In this document: piece after piece, positions 34,390 through 43,518 of the stretch
Numbering within the stretch: the stretch's first letter is position 1
Layout of the letters: the number at the start of each line of letters is the position of its first letter
Source: Burkholderiales bacterium
Lineage (GTDB): Bacteria > Pseudomonadota > Gammaproteobacteria > Burkholderiales > SG8-39
Length of the DNA stretch: 56,790 bases
Reading direction: 5' to 3'
Assembly: GCA_035689325.1 (NCBI GenBank)
Contig: DASSLQ010000107.1
Location: 1-56,790 of the forward strand
The notes under the pieces: generated by a model
The model's database searches: none
What the model saw: only the letters and a program-made list of their open reading frames with translations
What the model was told of the DNA's origin: nothing
Translations under genes and position numbers: made by a program

Positions 34390-35376
34390 CTAGCGCTGGA
34401 AGTAGCCGCCATTGGGGCTGTTCGAGCCGTGGATCACGCTGTGGCAGTTGAGGCAGGCGCGTCCCAGGGCCTGGTTGCTCGGGCTCTGGTTCGTGAGCCC
34501 CGCCTGATTGCTGGCGGCGTTACGGCCGACCGGGTTCTCGCTCGAATGCTGTCCGTCATGGCACGACTGGCACAGCCAGGGAGCGCGGGACACCAGCAGC
34601 GGCGTGAGGTTCGAGCCGTGCGGCGTATGGCAGTTGGCGCAGTTCTCCACGACCGGCTGGTGCTCGAACAGGAACGGGCCGCGCTTCTCGGCGTGGCAAG
34701 TGAAGCAAGTCTCGTTGATGGTGTTCTTCTTCACCATGGTCGGCCCGGGCGAGCCGTGGGGGTTGTGGCAGTCGGAGCACACGACCTTGCCGACCTGGAT
34801 CGGATGGGTGGAAATCTTGTAGCTGTCGGCGCGCTGCTCGCGGTGGCAAGCAAAGCAGACCTGCGTTTGGGTCTTCTTGTAGAGCACGGCGTCTGTGGCC
34901 GCATGACTCTGGTGGCAGTCGCTGCAGGACATCAGATTCACCTGGTGCGCGCTGCCCGCCCAGTGCGTACGCGCCGTTCCCCGGTGGCAGCTCAAGCAGG
35001 CTTCGCTGCGCTGCTCGACCGGCGTAGCCGCGTGCTTGCCGAACATGAGGTCCGGCTTGTCCGCGCCGGGATTGGACTGGTGCGCCACGCTCTCGCCGTG
35101 GCAGCTGGTGCAGGTCGGCGTGCGGCTGTCGCCGCGCACGCCATGCTTCGTCTTGCCGATCTCAAGAACCGGATAGGGCCAGCTCTCGTCGTGGCAGGTC
35201 GTGCACTTGGCGTCGCCGCGCAGGACCTTGTCCTTCTCCTGCGCGGCGGGCTGCTGCGCATGCGCAGGAGGAACGAGCAGCGCGTCAGCTGCGATCAGCG
35301 CCAGCAGTCCGAGCGCGAGGAAAAGAAGGCGCCGCCATGCATGGCGCGAAAATGACGCAGTACCGCCGAAGCTCAT
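34390..35376 (-). CDS. mtoA: Periplasmic decahaem cytochrome c, MtrA/MtoA family (module 2)
   Basis: 328 aa. GGAGGAG lies 5 nt before the ATG. Signal peptide and ten CXXCH motifs (CTTCH...CLNCH). Confidence 0.85.
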   Translation of the reverse strand: MSFGGTASFSRHAWRRLLFLALGLLALIAADALLVPPAHAQQPAAQEKDKVLRGDAKCTTCHDESWPYPVLEIGKTKHGVRGDSRTPTCTSCHGESVAHQSNPGADKPDLMFGKHAATPVEQRSEACLSCHRGTARTHWAGSAHQVNLMSCSDCHQSHAATDAVLYKKTQTQVCFACHREQRADSYKISTHPIQVGKVVCSDCHNPHGSPGPTMVKKNTINETCFTCHAEKRGPFLFEHQPVVENCANCHTPHGSNLTPLLVSRAPWLCQSCHDGQHSSENPVGRNAASNQAGLTNQSPSNQALGRACLNCHSVIHGSNSPNGGYFQR

Positions 35377-35452
35377 GACCGGCTCCTCCCAGGGGCGGGG
35401 TGCTTACTCTTACTTATCGTTGGCTATAGTGCAGCGGCGCAAATCCCTCTGA

Positions 35453-35466
35453 TTGATGTAGATCAA
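35453..35466. promoter_or_regulatory. Consensus FNR-type box TTGATGTAGATCAA in the mtoA(2) / c5 divergent region
   Basis: Perfect TTGAT-N4-ATCAA, about 83 bp from the mtoA ATG and about 78 bp from the c5 ATG. Confidence 0.7.
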
Positions 35467-35537
35467 TGCCGAAATGGCGGCGCCGGCGCGGTTTCACTAT
35501 GATTGATGCCGAGCCATGCGCCAGGGGATGCTGCGCT

Positions 35538-36164
35538 ATGCGCAAGCCGATCGTTGGTAAGACGCTGATTGCTATCGCGATGCTGAGCGCGGCGTCGGCA
35601 CTGCACGCCCAAAGCACGGGCGGGGAACGCAGCGGCAAGCAGGTCGTCGATCAGGTCTGCGCCCGCTGCCATCGCGCCGGCGTCGACGGCGCGCCGAAGA
35701 TTGGCGACAAGGAAGCCTGGGCGAAGCGCTCCTCACGCGGACTCTCCAGCCTCACGAAGAGCGCGATCAACGGCATCCGCAAGATGCCGCCGCATGGCGG
35801 CCATCCGGAGCTGAGCGATACCGAGATCAAGCGCGCCGTTACCTATATGGTGAACCGGTCTGGCGGCCACTGGGTCGAGCCGGTCGGCGCCAAGCCGGCC
35901 GCGGAACGCAGTGGCCAGGCGATCGTCAAGGCGCAGTGCGCCAAGTGCCACGCGAGCGGCAAGGGCGGCGCGCCGAAGCTCGGCGACCGTGCGGCGTGGT
36001 CCGAGCGCGTAAAGCCGGGCGTCGACGCCCTGGTGCGCTCGGCGATCAACGGTCACGGCGGCATGCCGGCGCGCGGTGGCATGGCGAATCTCACCGATGT
36101 CGAGATCCGCAACGCGGTGAACTACATGGTGACCACCAGCATCGCGCCGCGCAAAGGCGAGTAG
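35538..36164 (+). CDS. Dihaem cytochrome c, two c5-type domains
   Basis: ATG at 35538 (MRKPIVGKTLIAIAMLSAASALHA). Two repeats: CARCH..GAPKIGDKEAW..MPPHGG and CAKCH..GAPKLGDRAAW..MPARGG. Confidence 0.8.
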   Translation: MRKPIVGKTLIAIAMLSAASALHAQSTGGERSGKQVVDQVCARCHRAGVDGAPKIGDKEAWAKRSSRGLSSLTKSAINGIRKMPPHGGHPELSDTEIKRAVTYMVNRSGGHWVEPVGAKPAAERSGQAIVKAQCAKCHASGKGGAPKLGDRAAWSERVKPGVDALVRSAINGHGGMPARGGMANLTDVEIRNAVNYMVTTSIAPRKGE

Positions 36165-36179
36165 GGCACAGCGGCTGGG

Positions 36180-36193
36180 TTGACATGGATCAA
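36180..36193. promoter_or_regulatory. Crp/Fnr-type box TTGACATGGATCAA upstream of the CbcL-like gene
   Basis: Exact palindrome. Centre about 65 bp upstream of the ATG at 36252. Confidence 0.6.
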
Positions 36194-36251
36194 CTGCGGC
36201 TCGAGTTACCTCGGGCAGCTACGCCCGCCGCTTGTTAGCTTAGCGGCCATC

Positions 36252-38729
36252 ATGAGGCTCCTTGCGTGCGCTGCGCTGCTCACGGCAGCCATGCCCTTGT
36301 GCACCTCCCTGCAAGACGCGCAGGCGCAGACCGGCGCCGACTCGGCGCTCGCGGAATCGAAGGGCTGCTTCAGCTGCCATGCGATCGACAAGCAGGTTGT
36401 CGGACCGGCGTTCCGCGATGTGGCGAACAAATACGGCGGCGACCAGCGCGCGGCAGCCAGGCTCGCCGACCAGCTGAAGAAAGGCACCGGCCACCCGATC
36501 AAGGTCGAAGGCACCGACGCCGAGGTCGAGGCGCTGGTGCGCTATGTGCTCGCGCAGGGCGGCGCGGCCGCGCCGCGAGCGCCCAAGGCACCTGCGAAAC
36601 CGGCTGCGGCCACCGCGCTGCTCGAAGCGAAGGGCTGCCTCGGCTGTCACGGCGTCGACAAGCCGGGGGTCGGCCCGGCATTCAAGGACGTGGCCGCGAA
36701 GTACAAGAACGAGAAGACCGCCGAGGCGACGCTGATCGCGAAGCTGCGCGAGGGAAAGGGCCATCCCGTCAAGGCCGAGGCGTCGCAAGCGGAATTGAAG
36801 ACGCTGGTGCAATTCGTGCTCGCACAGGCGGCTGCCGCCAAGCCTGCCGGCAAATCGCAGGCGGCCACGGCGGCGAGCCCGCCGCTCGACAACGCCGTGT
36901 GCCTCGGCTGCCACGGGCAGCCGGGCTTTTCGATCACCGGCGTCGACGGCGCGCCGCGTGCGCTGCACGTGACGAAGGAGCGCTTCGAGAGCAGCGTCCA
37001 CGGCAAGCGGCAATGCGTCGAATGCCATCGCAACATCACCGAGATACCGCACAAGCCCGGTACGCAGGTGCGGGTGAGCTGCATCACCTGCCACGATGAC
37101 CTGTGGAAGCAGGCGCAGCGTCAAGGCACCACGGGCGAGCACGCGCGTCTCGGCGTGGTGGTCGCGCAGATCGACCGTTACATGAAGTCGGTGCACGCGC
37201 GGCCGAGCCGCGAAGATCAGTCGCGCACCAACGCCACCTGCTACAACTGCCACGATGCGCACTACGTCTATCCGCTCGGCACGACCGAGCGCGCCGACTG
37301 GCGCCTGAGCATCCCGCAGGTCTGCGGCAAGTGTCATGCGGAGAAGCTCGACGCCTACGCCACCTCGGTGCATGGTACGGAAGTGCTGAAGCTCCGCAAC
37401 CCCGCCGCCGCCATCTGCTCCGACTGCCACACTACACACGACATCCAATCGCCCGAAGGGACTGCTACCAAGCTCGTCATCGTCAAGAACTGCGGCGGCT
37501 GCCACGTCGCGAGCTTCAAGTCCTATACCAGCACCTATCACGGCCAAGTCCATCTGCTCGGCTACACCTATACCGCGAAGTGCTTCGACTGCCACGGCAG
37601 CCACGGCATCAAGCGCGTGAGCGATCCTTCGTCCAGCGTGAACCTCGAAAACCGCCTCGCCACGTGCCGCAAGTGCCACGCCAATGCAACCGCCGGCTAC
37701 GTCAGCTTCGAGCCGCACGCGACGACGCACGACTTCCACCGCTTCCCCCAAGTGTGGCTGTCGGCCAAGTTCATGATCGGCCTGCTCGCCGGCACGTTCC
37801 TCTTCTTCTGGACCCATACGGCGCTTTGGTTCTACCGCGAGTACCACGAGCGCCAGCGCGGCGCAATGCGCACGCACGTGAGCACGGCCGAGCTGCCCGG
37901 CGTGGCGGCCGGCAAGCAGTACCAGCGCTTCGGTCCCTGGTGGCGCCTCGCGCATCTGCTCTTCGCGGTCAGCCTGATGGTCCTCACGCTCACCGGCATG
38001 ACCGTGCTCTATGCGGAATCGAGCTGGGCGCCGGTGGTCATCAAGCTGCTCGGCGGCACGCGCAGCGCAGCGATCATCCATCGCCTGGCGGCCGTGGTGT
38101 TCGCCAGCGTCTTCCTCGTCCACCTGGTGGTGGTGCTCAACCGGGTGCGCAAGTGGCGCACGCTCGAGCAGTGGTTCGGTCCGCGCTCGCTGATCCCGAG
38201 CTGGCAGGACATCAAAGACATCTTCTTCATGTTCCGCTGGTTCGTCGGCAAGGGGCCGCGCCCGTTCTTCGACCGCTGGACCTACTGGGAGAAATTCGAC
38301 TATTGGGCGCCCTTCTGGGGCGTGACGATCATCGGCGTAAGCGGGCTCATGATGTGGCTGCCCGCGCTCACCGCGTCGCTCTTGCCCGGGTGGGTGTTCA
38401 ACGTCGCGATCCTGGTGCACGGCGAGGAAGCGCTGCTCGCAGCGCTGTTCCTCTTCACGGTGCATTTCTTCAACAACCACTTCCGGCCGGACAAGTTCCC
38501 GCTCGACGTGGTGATGTTCACGGGCAGCATGCCGATCGAGGAGTTCCGCCGCGAGCATCGCCTGGAATACGAGCGGCTCGTGCGCACGGGGGAATTGCAG
38601 AAGCACTTGGTGGATGCGCCCTCGCTGCCGATGTCGCGCGGCTCGCGCATCCTCGGCTTCACGCTGATCGGCACCGGCCTCGTTCTCCTCCTGCTGGTGC
38701 TGGTCGGTTTCTTCGGGCACGCCGCGTAA
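36252..38729 (+). CDS. Fusion protein: 2 x MtoD-like monohaem c domains + nine-haem c domain + C-terminal FdnI/HydC-type cytochrome b membrane domain (CbcL-like)
   Basis: ATG at 36252 with signal peptide; 825 aa; 11 CXXCH motifs. Residues about 30-205 are two repeats collinear with the 94-aa cytochrome at 28410. Residues about 495-825 carry 4-5 TM helices with conserved His (WRLAHLLF, IIHRLAAVVFASVFLVH, ILVHGEE..FTVHFFNNH). Confidence 0.75.
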   Translation: MRLLACAALLTAAMPLCTSLQDAQAQTGADSALAESKGCFSCHAIDKQVVGPAFRDVANKYGGDQRAAARLADQLKKGTGHPIKVEGTDAEVEALVRYVLAQGGAAAPRAPKAPAKPAAATALLEAKGCLGCHGVDKPGVGPAFKDVAAKYKNEKTAEATLIAKLREGKGHPVKAEASQAELKTLVQFVLAQAAAAKPAGKSQAATAASPPLDNAVCLGCHGQPGFSITGVDGAPRALHVTKERFESSVHGKRQCVECHRNITEIPHKPGTQVRVSCITCHDDLWKQAQRQGTTGEHARLGVVVAQIDRYMKSVHARPSREDQSRTNATCYNCHDAHYVYPLGTTERADWRLSIPQVCGKCHAEKLDAYATSVHGTEVLKLRNPAAAICSDCHTTHDIQSPEGTATKLVIVKNCGGCHVASFKSYTSTYHGQVHLLGYTYTAKCFDCHGSHGIKRVSDPSSSVNLENRLATCRKCHANATAGYVSFEPHATTHDFHRFPQVWLSAKFMIGLLAGTFLFFWTHTALWFYREYHERQRGAMRTHVSTAELPGVAAGKQYQRFGPWWRLAHLLFAVSLMVLTLTGMTVLYAESSWAPVVIKLLGGTRSAAIIHRLAAVVFASVFLVHLVVVLNRVRKWRTLEQWFGPRSLIPSWQDIKDIFFMFRWFVGKGPRPFFDRWTYWEKFDYWAPFWGVTIIGVSGLMMWLPALTASLLPGWVFNVAILVHGEEALLAALFLFTVHFFNNHFRPDKFPLDVVMFTGSMPIEEFRREHRLEYERLVRTGELQKHLVDAPSLPMSRGSRILGFTLIGTGLVLLLLVLVGFFGHAA

Positions 38730-38738
38730 ACGCCTTTG

Positions 38739-38752
38739 TTGACCTAAATCAA
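38739..38752. promoter_or_regulatory. Crp/Fnr-type box TTGACCTAAATCAA upstream of the tetrahaem c4-type gene
   Basis: Exact palindrome. Centre about 40 bp upstream of the ATG at 38785. Confidence 0.55.
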
Positions 38753-38784
38753 GGCCGGATTGGCGCGGGACGATAGGGTCAGGC

Positions 38785-39996
38785 ATGCTCAAGGCTGCCG
38801 TGCGCGTACTCTTGCCGACGCTGCTCCTGCTATGGGCCGCATGCGCCGTGGCCCAGCCTGCGCGGCTTAAGCCCGCGGCGGATGCGGACCTGCGGGCGCT
38901 CTATGCCAACGCCGCGGACATCGCGGAAGGCAAACGCCTGGCGGAGAGCTCCTGCGCACGCTGCCATGGCGCGAACGGCATCAGCTCAACGCGCGGCATC
39001 CCGAACATCGCCGGGCAGCGTGCGGCCTATCTGCACCTGCAGCTGCGCGCCTACCGGCAGGGCGCGCGCGCCAAGGGCCCGATGGGCGGCGCGGTGGGCT
39101 TCCTGAGCGACGAGGCGCTCATCAAGGTGGCCGCCTATTTCGGCAGCCTGGAGCCGGCGAAGCCAGCGGCGGCGAAGCCGGTAGCGCAGAAGTCCGACCC
39201 GCTGCAGGCCGGCAAGGCGGCGGCCGCCGCCTGCGGCGCCTGCCACGGCGACAACGGCACGAGCAAGACGCCGGGCACGCCGAGCCTCGTCGGCTTCAAT
39301 CCGACATACTTCGTCGCGGCCATGAGCGCCTACAAGAGCGGCCAACGCAAGAACGACATGATGAAGTCCATGGCCGGCAGCCTGAACGACGCCGACCTCG
39401 CCAACGTCGCCCTCTACTATGCGCTGCAGAAACCCGCGCGTGCGCAGACGCCGGCCGCCGGCGATGCGGCAGCGGGCAAGGCGGCCGCCGGCGCCTGCAG
39501 CGGCTGCCACGGCGAAACCGGGGTCAGCGCCAGCCCGGAGACCCCGAGCCTTGCCGGCCAGGACGCCCAGTACCTGAGCGCCGCCCTGCTCGCCTACAAG
39601 GACAAGGCGCGCAAGGACGAAGCAATGCAGGGCATCGCCGCGGCGCTGGACGAGCAGACGACCAGAAACATCGCCGCGTATTACGCTGCGCAGCAGCCGC
39701 AGGCGCCGGGCGTTCGCAAGCCCCTCAGCGTCGCCGAGTGGGTCGAGCGCTGCGATCGCTGCCACGGTTCGAATGGCAACAGCACCGATGCGCTGATCCC
39801 GGCGCTCGCCGGGCAGCGCGCCGACTGGCTGGAAACGGTGCTGCAGGCATACCGCAGCGGCGCGCGCAAGAGCGCGGCGATGAGCGCCATGTCCTCGGGG
39901 CTGAGCGAGACGGACATCAAAGAACTGTCGGCGTACTACGCGCGCCAGACGCCGCGCGCGGTGCTCTATGTGGTGGTTCCGGAGGGGCAACGATGA
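38785..39996 (+). CDS. Tetrahaem cytochrome c built from four c4-type class I domains
   Basis: 403 aa with signal peptide. CARCH, CGACH, CSGCH, CDRCH, each followed by the P.L/IAGQ...YL...L.AY..G.R pattern. Confidence 0.8.
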   Translation: MLKAAVRVLLPTLLLLWAACAVAQPARLKPAADADLRALYANAADIAEGKRLAESSCARCHGANGISSTRGIPNIAGQRAAYLHLQLRAYRQGARAKGPMGGAVGFLSDEALIKVAAYFGSLEPAKPAAAKPVAQKSDPLQAGKAAAAACGACHGDNGTSKTPGTPSLVGFNPTYFVAAMSAYKSGQRKNDMMKSMAGSLNDADLANVALYYALQKPARAQTPAAGDAAAGKAAAGACSGCHGETGVSASPETPSLAGQDAQYLSAALLAYKDKARKDEAMQGIAAALDEQTTRNIAAYYAAQQPQAPGVRKPLSVAEWVERCDRCHGSNGNSTDALIPALAGQRADWLETVLQAYRSGARKSAAMSAMSSGLSETDIKELSAYYARQTPRAVLYVVVPEGQR

Positions 39997-40796
39997 GGAT
40001 CAACGAGCCTACGGTGGACGACGAGCCGCTGCACCGGCTTTTCTACCATTTCTCCGAGATGCCGAAGAGCCTTCGCGTGCTCTATACCGCGACGCTCCTC
40101 GTGCTCGGGATGGGCTACCTGTTCGCGCTGATTTATCTCTTCCATACGTACTCGGGCAAGGACGGCAATCCGGGAACGCTCTCGTATGAGGACATCGTCA
40201 TCGCCTACAGCGGCAGCGGCAAGGGCTCGCGTCTGGAGTCGGCGCTGCGCGGCCCGATGTCCACGATGCTGCCGCGCGACGAGATGACGCCGATTCTCGC
40301 GTGGCTGCAGCAAGGCGCCGGTCGCGACGCCTTCGAGAAGACGATCCGGCCAACGCTCGACAAGCGCTGCATGGCCTGCCATGACGGCAGCAACCCGCAC
40401 CTGCCCAACCTGAACGGCTTCGACAACGTGCAGAAGCTCACCGAGCGCGACACCGGCACCGGGGTCTTTACCCTGGTTCGCGTATCGCACATTCACCTCT
40501 TTGGCCTCACGTTCATCTTCTTCCTGCTGGGAACGATCTTCAGCCACGCCTACGTGCGGCCGGTGTGGTTCAAGTGCACCGTCATCGTGCTGCCTTTCGT
40601 CGCCCTGGTGATGGACGTGAGCTCCTGGTATTTCACGAAGCTGTTCCACCCCTTTGCGCTGGTGGTGATGGCCGGCGGCGGCCTGATGGGACTGTCCTTC
40701 GCCTTCATGTGGGTGGTGTCCATGTATCAGCTCTGGTGGTCGAAGCCGCCGAGCCCGGTCGTGCAAAGAGCCACCGCAACCGTTGATGTCGGCTGA
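39993..40796 (+). CDS. Unknown polytopic membrane protein with one CXXCH motif
   Basis: ATG at 39993 (ATGA overlap with the previous stop). 267 aa, about 4 TM helices, periplasmic loop with CMACHDGSNPHLPNL, and His-rich TM (VSHIHLFGLTFIFF). Confidence 0.6.
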   Translation: MRINEPTVDDEPLHRLFYHFSEMPKSLRVLYTATLLVLGMGYLFALIYLFHTYSGKDGNPGTLSYEDIVIAYSGSGKGSRLESALRGPMSTMLPRDEMTPILAWLQQGAGRDAFEKTIRPTLDKRCMACHDGSNPHLPNLNGFDNVQKLTERDTGTGVFTLVRVSHIHLFGLTFIFFLLGTIFSHAYVRPVWFKCTVIVLPFVALVMDVSSWYFTKLFHPFALVVMAGGGLMGLSFAFMWVVSMYQLWWSKPPSPVVQRATATVDVG

Positions 40797-40812
40797 TGCT
40801 GCGAGGTGTTCG

Positions 40813-41946
40813 ATGAAAAGCCTGAAGCTGGGAATCGTCGTTTCGCTGGCGCTCGCCGCCTGCTCACCGGAGCAGCCGGCCGGCAAGGCGGATGCCGCGA
40901 AGCTCGCGCCGGGCAATGCGGCCGCCGGCAAGCCGATCGCGGAGAAGGAATGCAAAGGCTGCCACGGCCTCGACGGCAAAGGCGCGGCGCCGGGCATCCC
41001 GCATCTCGCCGCGCAGAGCGAGCGCTATCTTGTCTCGGCGCTCAAGGAATACAAGGACAACAACCGCACGCACGCCGCCCTCAGGGCCATCGCCGAGGGC
41101 CTGACGGATGCCGACACGCGCAACGTGGCCGCGTATTACGCGGGCCTGCCGCCGGTGCAGCTCGCATCGCAGACCCAGCCGAAGCAGATCACGCCCTACG
41201 AGCACGGCAAGGCGCTCGCGAGCGCCTGCGCGCAATGCCACGGCCCGGACGGCAATAGCAAGACCTCAGGCACGCCGAGCCTCGCCGGACAGCAGTTGCG
41301 CTACCTGGTCGTTGCCATGGACGAGTACCTGCACAGCGAGCGCAAGGCGGCTTCGATGCACGCCGTGGTGCCGCGCCTGGGCAAGCTCGACAAGGAAGAC
41401 CTGGCCCTCTATTTCGCTTCGCAGACCCCGGTGCAGCGCGCGGCCGCGCCTTTCGGCGATGCGGCGGCGGGCGAACCGCTCACCGCGGTGTGCGGCGGAT
41501 GCCATGGGGCGCAGGGCGTGAGCGCCGACAGCGCGACGCCCACGCTCGCCGGTCAGGACGCCGCCTACCTGGTCGAAGCGATCAAGGCCTACCGCACCAC
41601 GCGCAAGCGCGAAAATATGCGTCTATACGTCACCGGTTTGAAGGAGGCGGACATCCGCAACATCGCGGCGTTCTACACGACGCAGAAATCGCTCGCATCA
41701 GAAAAAGGGGACACCGTGGCTCAGCAGGTCGCCGACAAGTGCGAACGCTGCCACGGCAGTGGCGACAATCCGGCGCTGTCGGTGCCCAAGATCCGGGGCC
41801 AGGACCGGGACTACCTGATCATGGCGCTGCGCGCCTACCGCGACGATCGGCGCGGCAGCTCGACGATGCACAAGATGAGCATCCCCTACGGCGACTCGAT
41901 CATCGAAAGCCTGGCGTCGTACTACGCGAGCCAACCGCCCAGATAG
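40813..41946 (+). CDS. Tetrahaem c4-type cytochrome lipoprotein
   Basis: ATG at 40813. MKSLKLGIVVSLALAAC lipobox. CKGCH, CAQCH, CGGCH, CERCH with c4-type repeats. Confidence 0.8.
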   Translation: MKSLKLGIVVSLALAACSPEQPAGKADAAKLAPGNAAAGKPIAEKECKGCHGLDGKGAAPGIPHLAAQSERYLVSALKEYKDNNRTHAALRAIAEGLTDADTRNVAAYYAGLPPVQLASQTQPKQITPYEHGKALASACAQCHGPDGNSKTSGTPSLAGQQLRYLVVAMDEYLHSERKAASMHAVVPRLGKLDKEDLALYFASQTPVQRAAAPFGDAAAGEPLTAVCGGCHGAQGVSADSATPTLAGQDAAYLVEAIKAYRTTRKRENMRLYVTGLKEADIRNIAAFYTTQKSLASEKGDTVAQQVADKCERCHGSGDNPALSVPKIRGQDRDYLIMALRAYRDDRRGSSTMHKMSIPYGDSIIESLASYYASQPPR

Positions 41947-41959
41947 GGCCGCGTCATCA

Positions 41960-42271
41960 TCACTTGCCCTTGAGCGACGCGTAATACGCCGCTATGTCGG
42001 CCATGTCCTGATCGCTCAGCTTGCTCGCAAATGTCTTCATGACGGCGTTCGTGCGCTTGCCCGACTTGTAGTCGTTCATCGCTTGCACGAGCTCGCCCTC
42101 CGGCTTTCCGGCGAGGGGCGGGTTCGGCTTGCGCCCTTCGCCGTTTGCGCCATGGCAGCCGGCGCAGCTGCTCGTTTTGGCCTTGCCGGCGCCGGCATTG
42201 CCGCCCGCCTGGACGGCACTCATCGCTCCGAGCAAGGCGAAGATTGCAGCGGCGAGAATTGCACGTTTCAT
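41960..42271 (-). CDS. Monohaem class I cytochrome c
   Basis: ATG at 42271; 103 aa with signal peptide. CAGCHGANGEG...PLAGK...YKSGKR..VM...DIAAYYA. Confidence 0.8.
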   Translation of the reverse strand: MKRAILAAAIFALLGAMSAVQAGGNAGAGKAKTSSCAGCHGANGEGRKPNPPLAGKPEGELVQAMNDYKSGKRTNAVMKTFASKLSDQDMADIAAYYASLKGK

Positions 42272-42303
42272 TGTCTGCTCCTGTGATGACCCAATGGACG
42301 ATT

Positions 42304-43518
42304 CTAGGCGACGGCTTCGTCGCCGACGAGACCTTCTGCGCCCGGCTCGTGCCTCGCTGCCGCCGGTTCCGTCCACGGCGGAAAGAAGCGCACGGCAATC
42401 GATAGCAGCAAGAATGGCATGACGAGCACCGCCAATGCCGCGAGCAGTCCCTCACGCCCGAAGACCGCCGGGTGGTAGGCCAGGATCCCCTTGCCGGTCT
42501 TCGCGATCTCCTGTCCGCCGATCACCACATTCCAGCGCATCATCAGCACGGCAAGCAATACCAGCACTGCACTCGCCGTGGCGCCGGCGATCAGCGCCCT
42601 TCCGGCCGTGCCGCGCCAGACCATATAGGTGAGCGTCAGCAGCGGCACCAGCGAGCCGATGCCGAACTGCAACACGAAGAACGGCAGGAGGAGCGGCCCC
42701 TTCACGTACTCCATGATCGCCTCGATGCCCTCGCGGCCGCGATACACCAGCGCCCCGAACTCGACCCCTTCGAGCACCAGCGTGAACATGAGGAATCCCC
42801 ACAGCGCATAGACCATGCCTTTCAGGCAGTCGAGGTCGACCGCAACGCGCCGCAGGCGGCAGGAGACCACGTAAAGCAACATGACGAGCGCTGTGCCCGA
42901 GATGATCGCCGAGAACAGGAATATCGCGGGCATCAGATCCGAAGACCACCATTCGCGCGACTTGACCGAGCCGAAGACGAAGCCGACGTAGCCGTGAAGC
43001 CCGTGCGCCGCCGGAATGCCCACGACCGCCAAGGCGAAGATCCATTTGCGGTCGTAGCGCATCGCCGCTTCGGAGAGGTCATTGGAGCCGAGCGACAGCG
43101 CGCGATAAATCCATCCGAGCACGCCGTTGCGCTCCTGCGCCTGGCGCACGATATGCGGCCGGAAGACGAACCAGTTCTCGAGCATGAGCAGCGTGACGTA
43201 GAAGCTCGCCATGTAGCCGAACATGACGAAGGCGGAGGTCCAGTGCGGCGTGATCATGGCGTTGAACGCGCGCTCCGGATGGCCGAGGTGCAGCATCAGC
43301 GGGATCGGCACGACCACCATGAAGCACAGCGATGCCAGCAGGGCGAGATGCGCCGCCGGCTTGAACCGCTGCATGCCGAACACCTGGTAGAGGCTCGAGA
43401 TGGTGAATGCCCCGGCGACCAGCCCGGTGAGGTAGGGGTACACCACGATCAGCGCCGACCAGCCGATGACGCTCTCGTTCGGATAGACGTAGCCGGTGAA
43501 AGTCATCACATGATCCAT
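42304..43518 (-). CDS. NrfD/PsrC-family integral membrane quinone-interacting subunit
   Basis: ATG at 43518 (MDHVMTFTGYVYPNESVIGWSALIVVYPYLTGLVAG). 404 aa, about 8-10 TM helices. Confidence 0.8.
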   Translation of the reverse strand: MDHVMTFTGYVYPNESVIGWSALIVVYPYLTGLVAGAFTISSLYQVFGMQRFKPAAHLALLASLCFMVVVPIPLMLHLGHPERAFNAMITPHWTSAFVMFGYMASFYVTLLMLENWFVFRPHIVRQAQERNGVLGWIYRALSLGSNDLSEAAMRYDRKWIFALAVVGIPAAHGLHGYVGFVFGSVKSREWWSSDLMPAIFLFSAIISGTALVMLLYVVSCRLRRVAVDLDCLKGMVYALWGFLMFTLVLEGVEFGALVYRGREGIEAIMEYVKGPLLLPFFVLQFGIGSLVPLLTLTYMVWRGTAGRALIAGATASAVLVLLAVLMMRWNVVIGGQEIAKTGKGILAYHPAVFGREGLLAALAVLVMPFLLLSIAVRFFPPWTEPAAARHEPGAEGLVGDEAVA

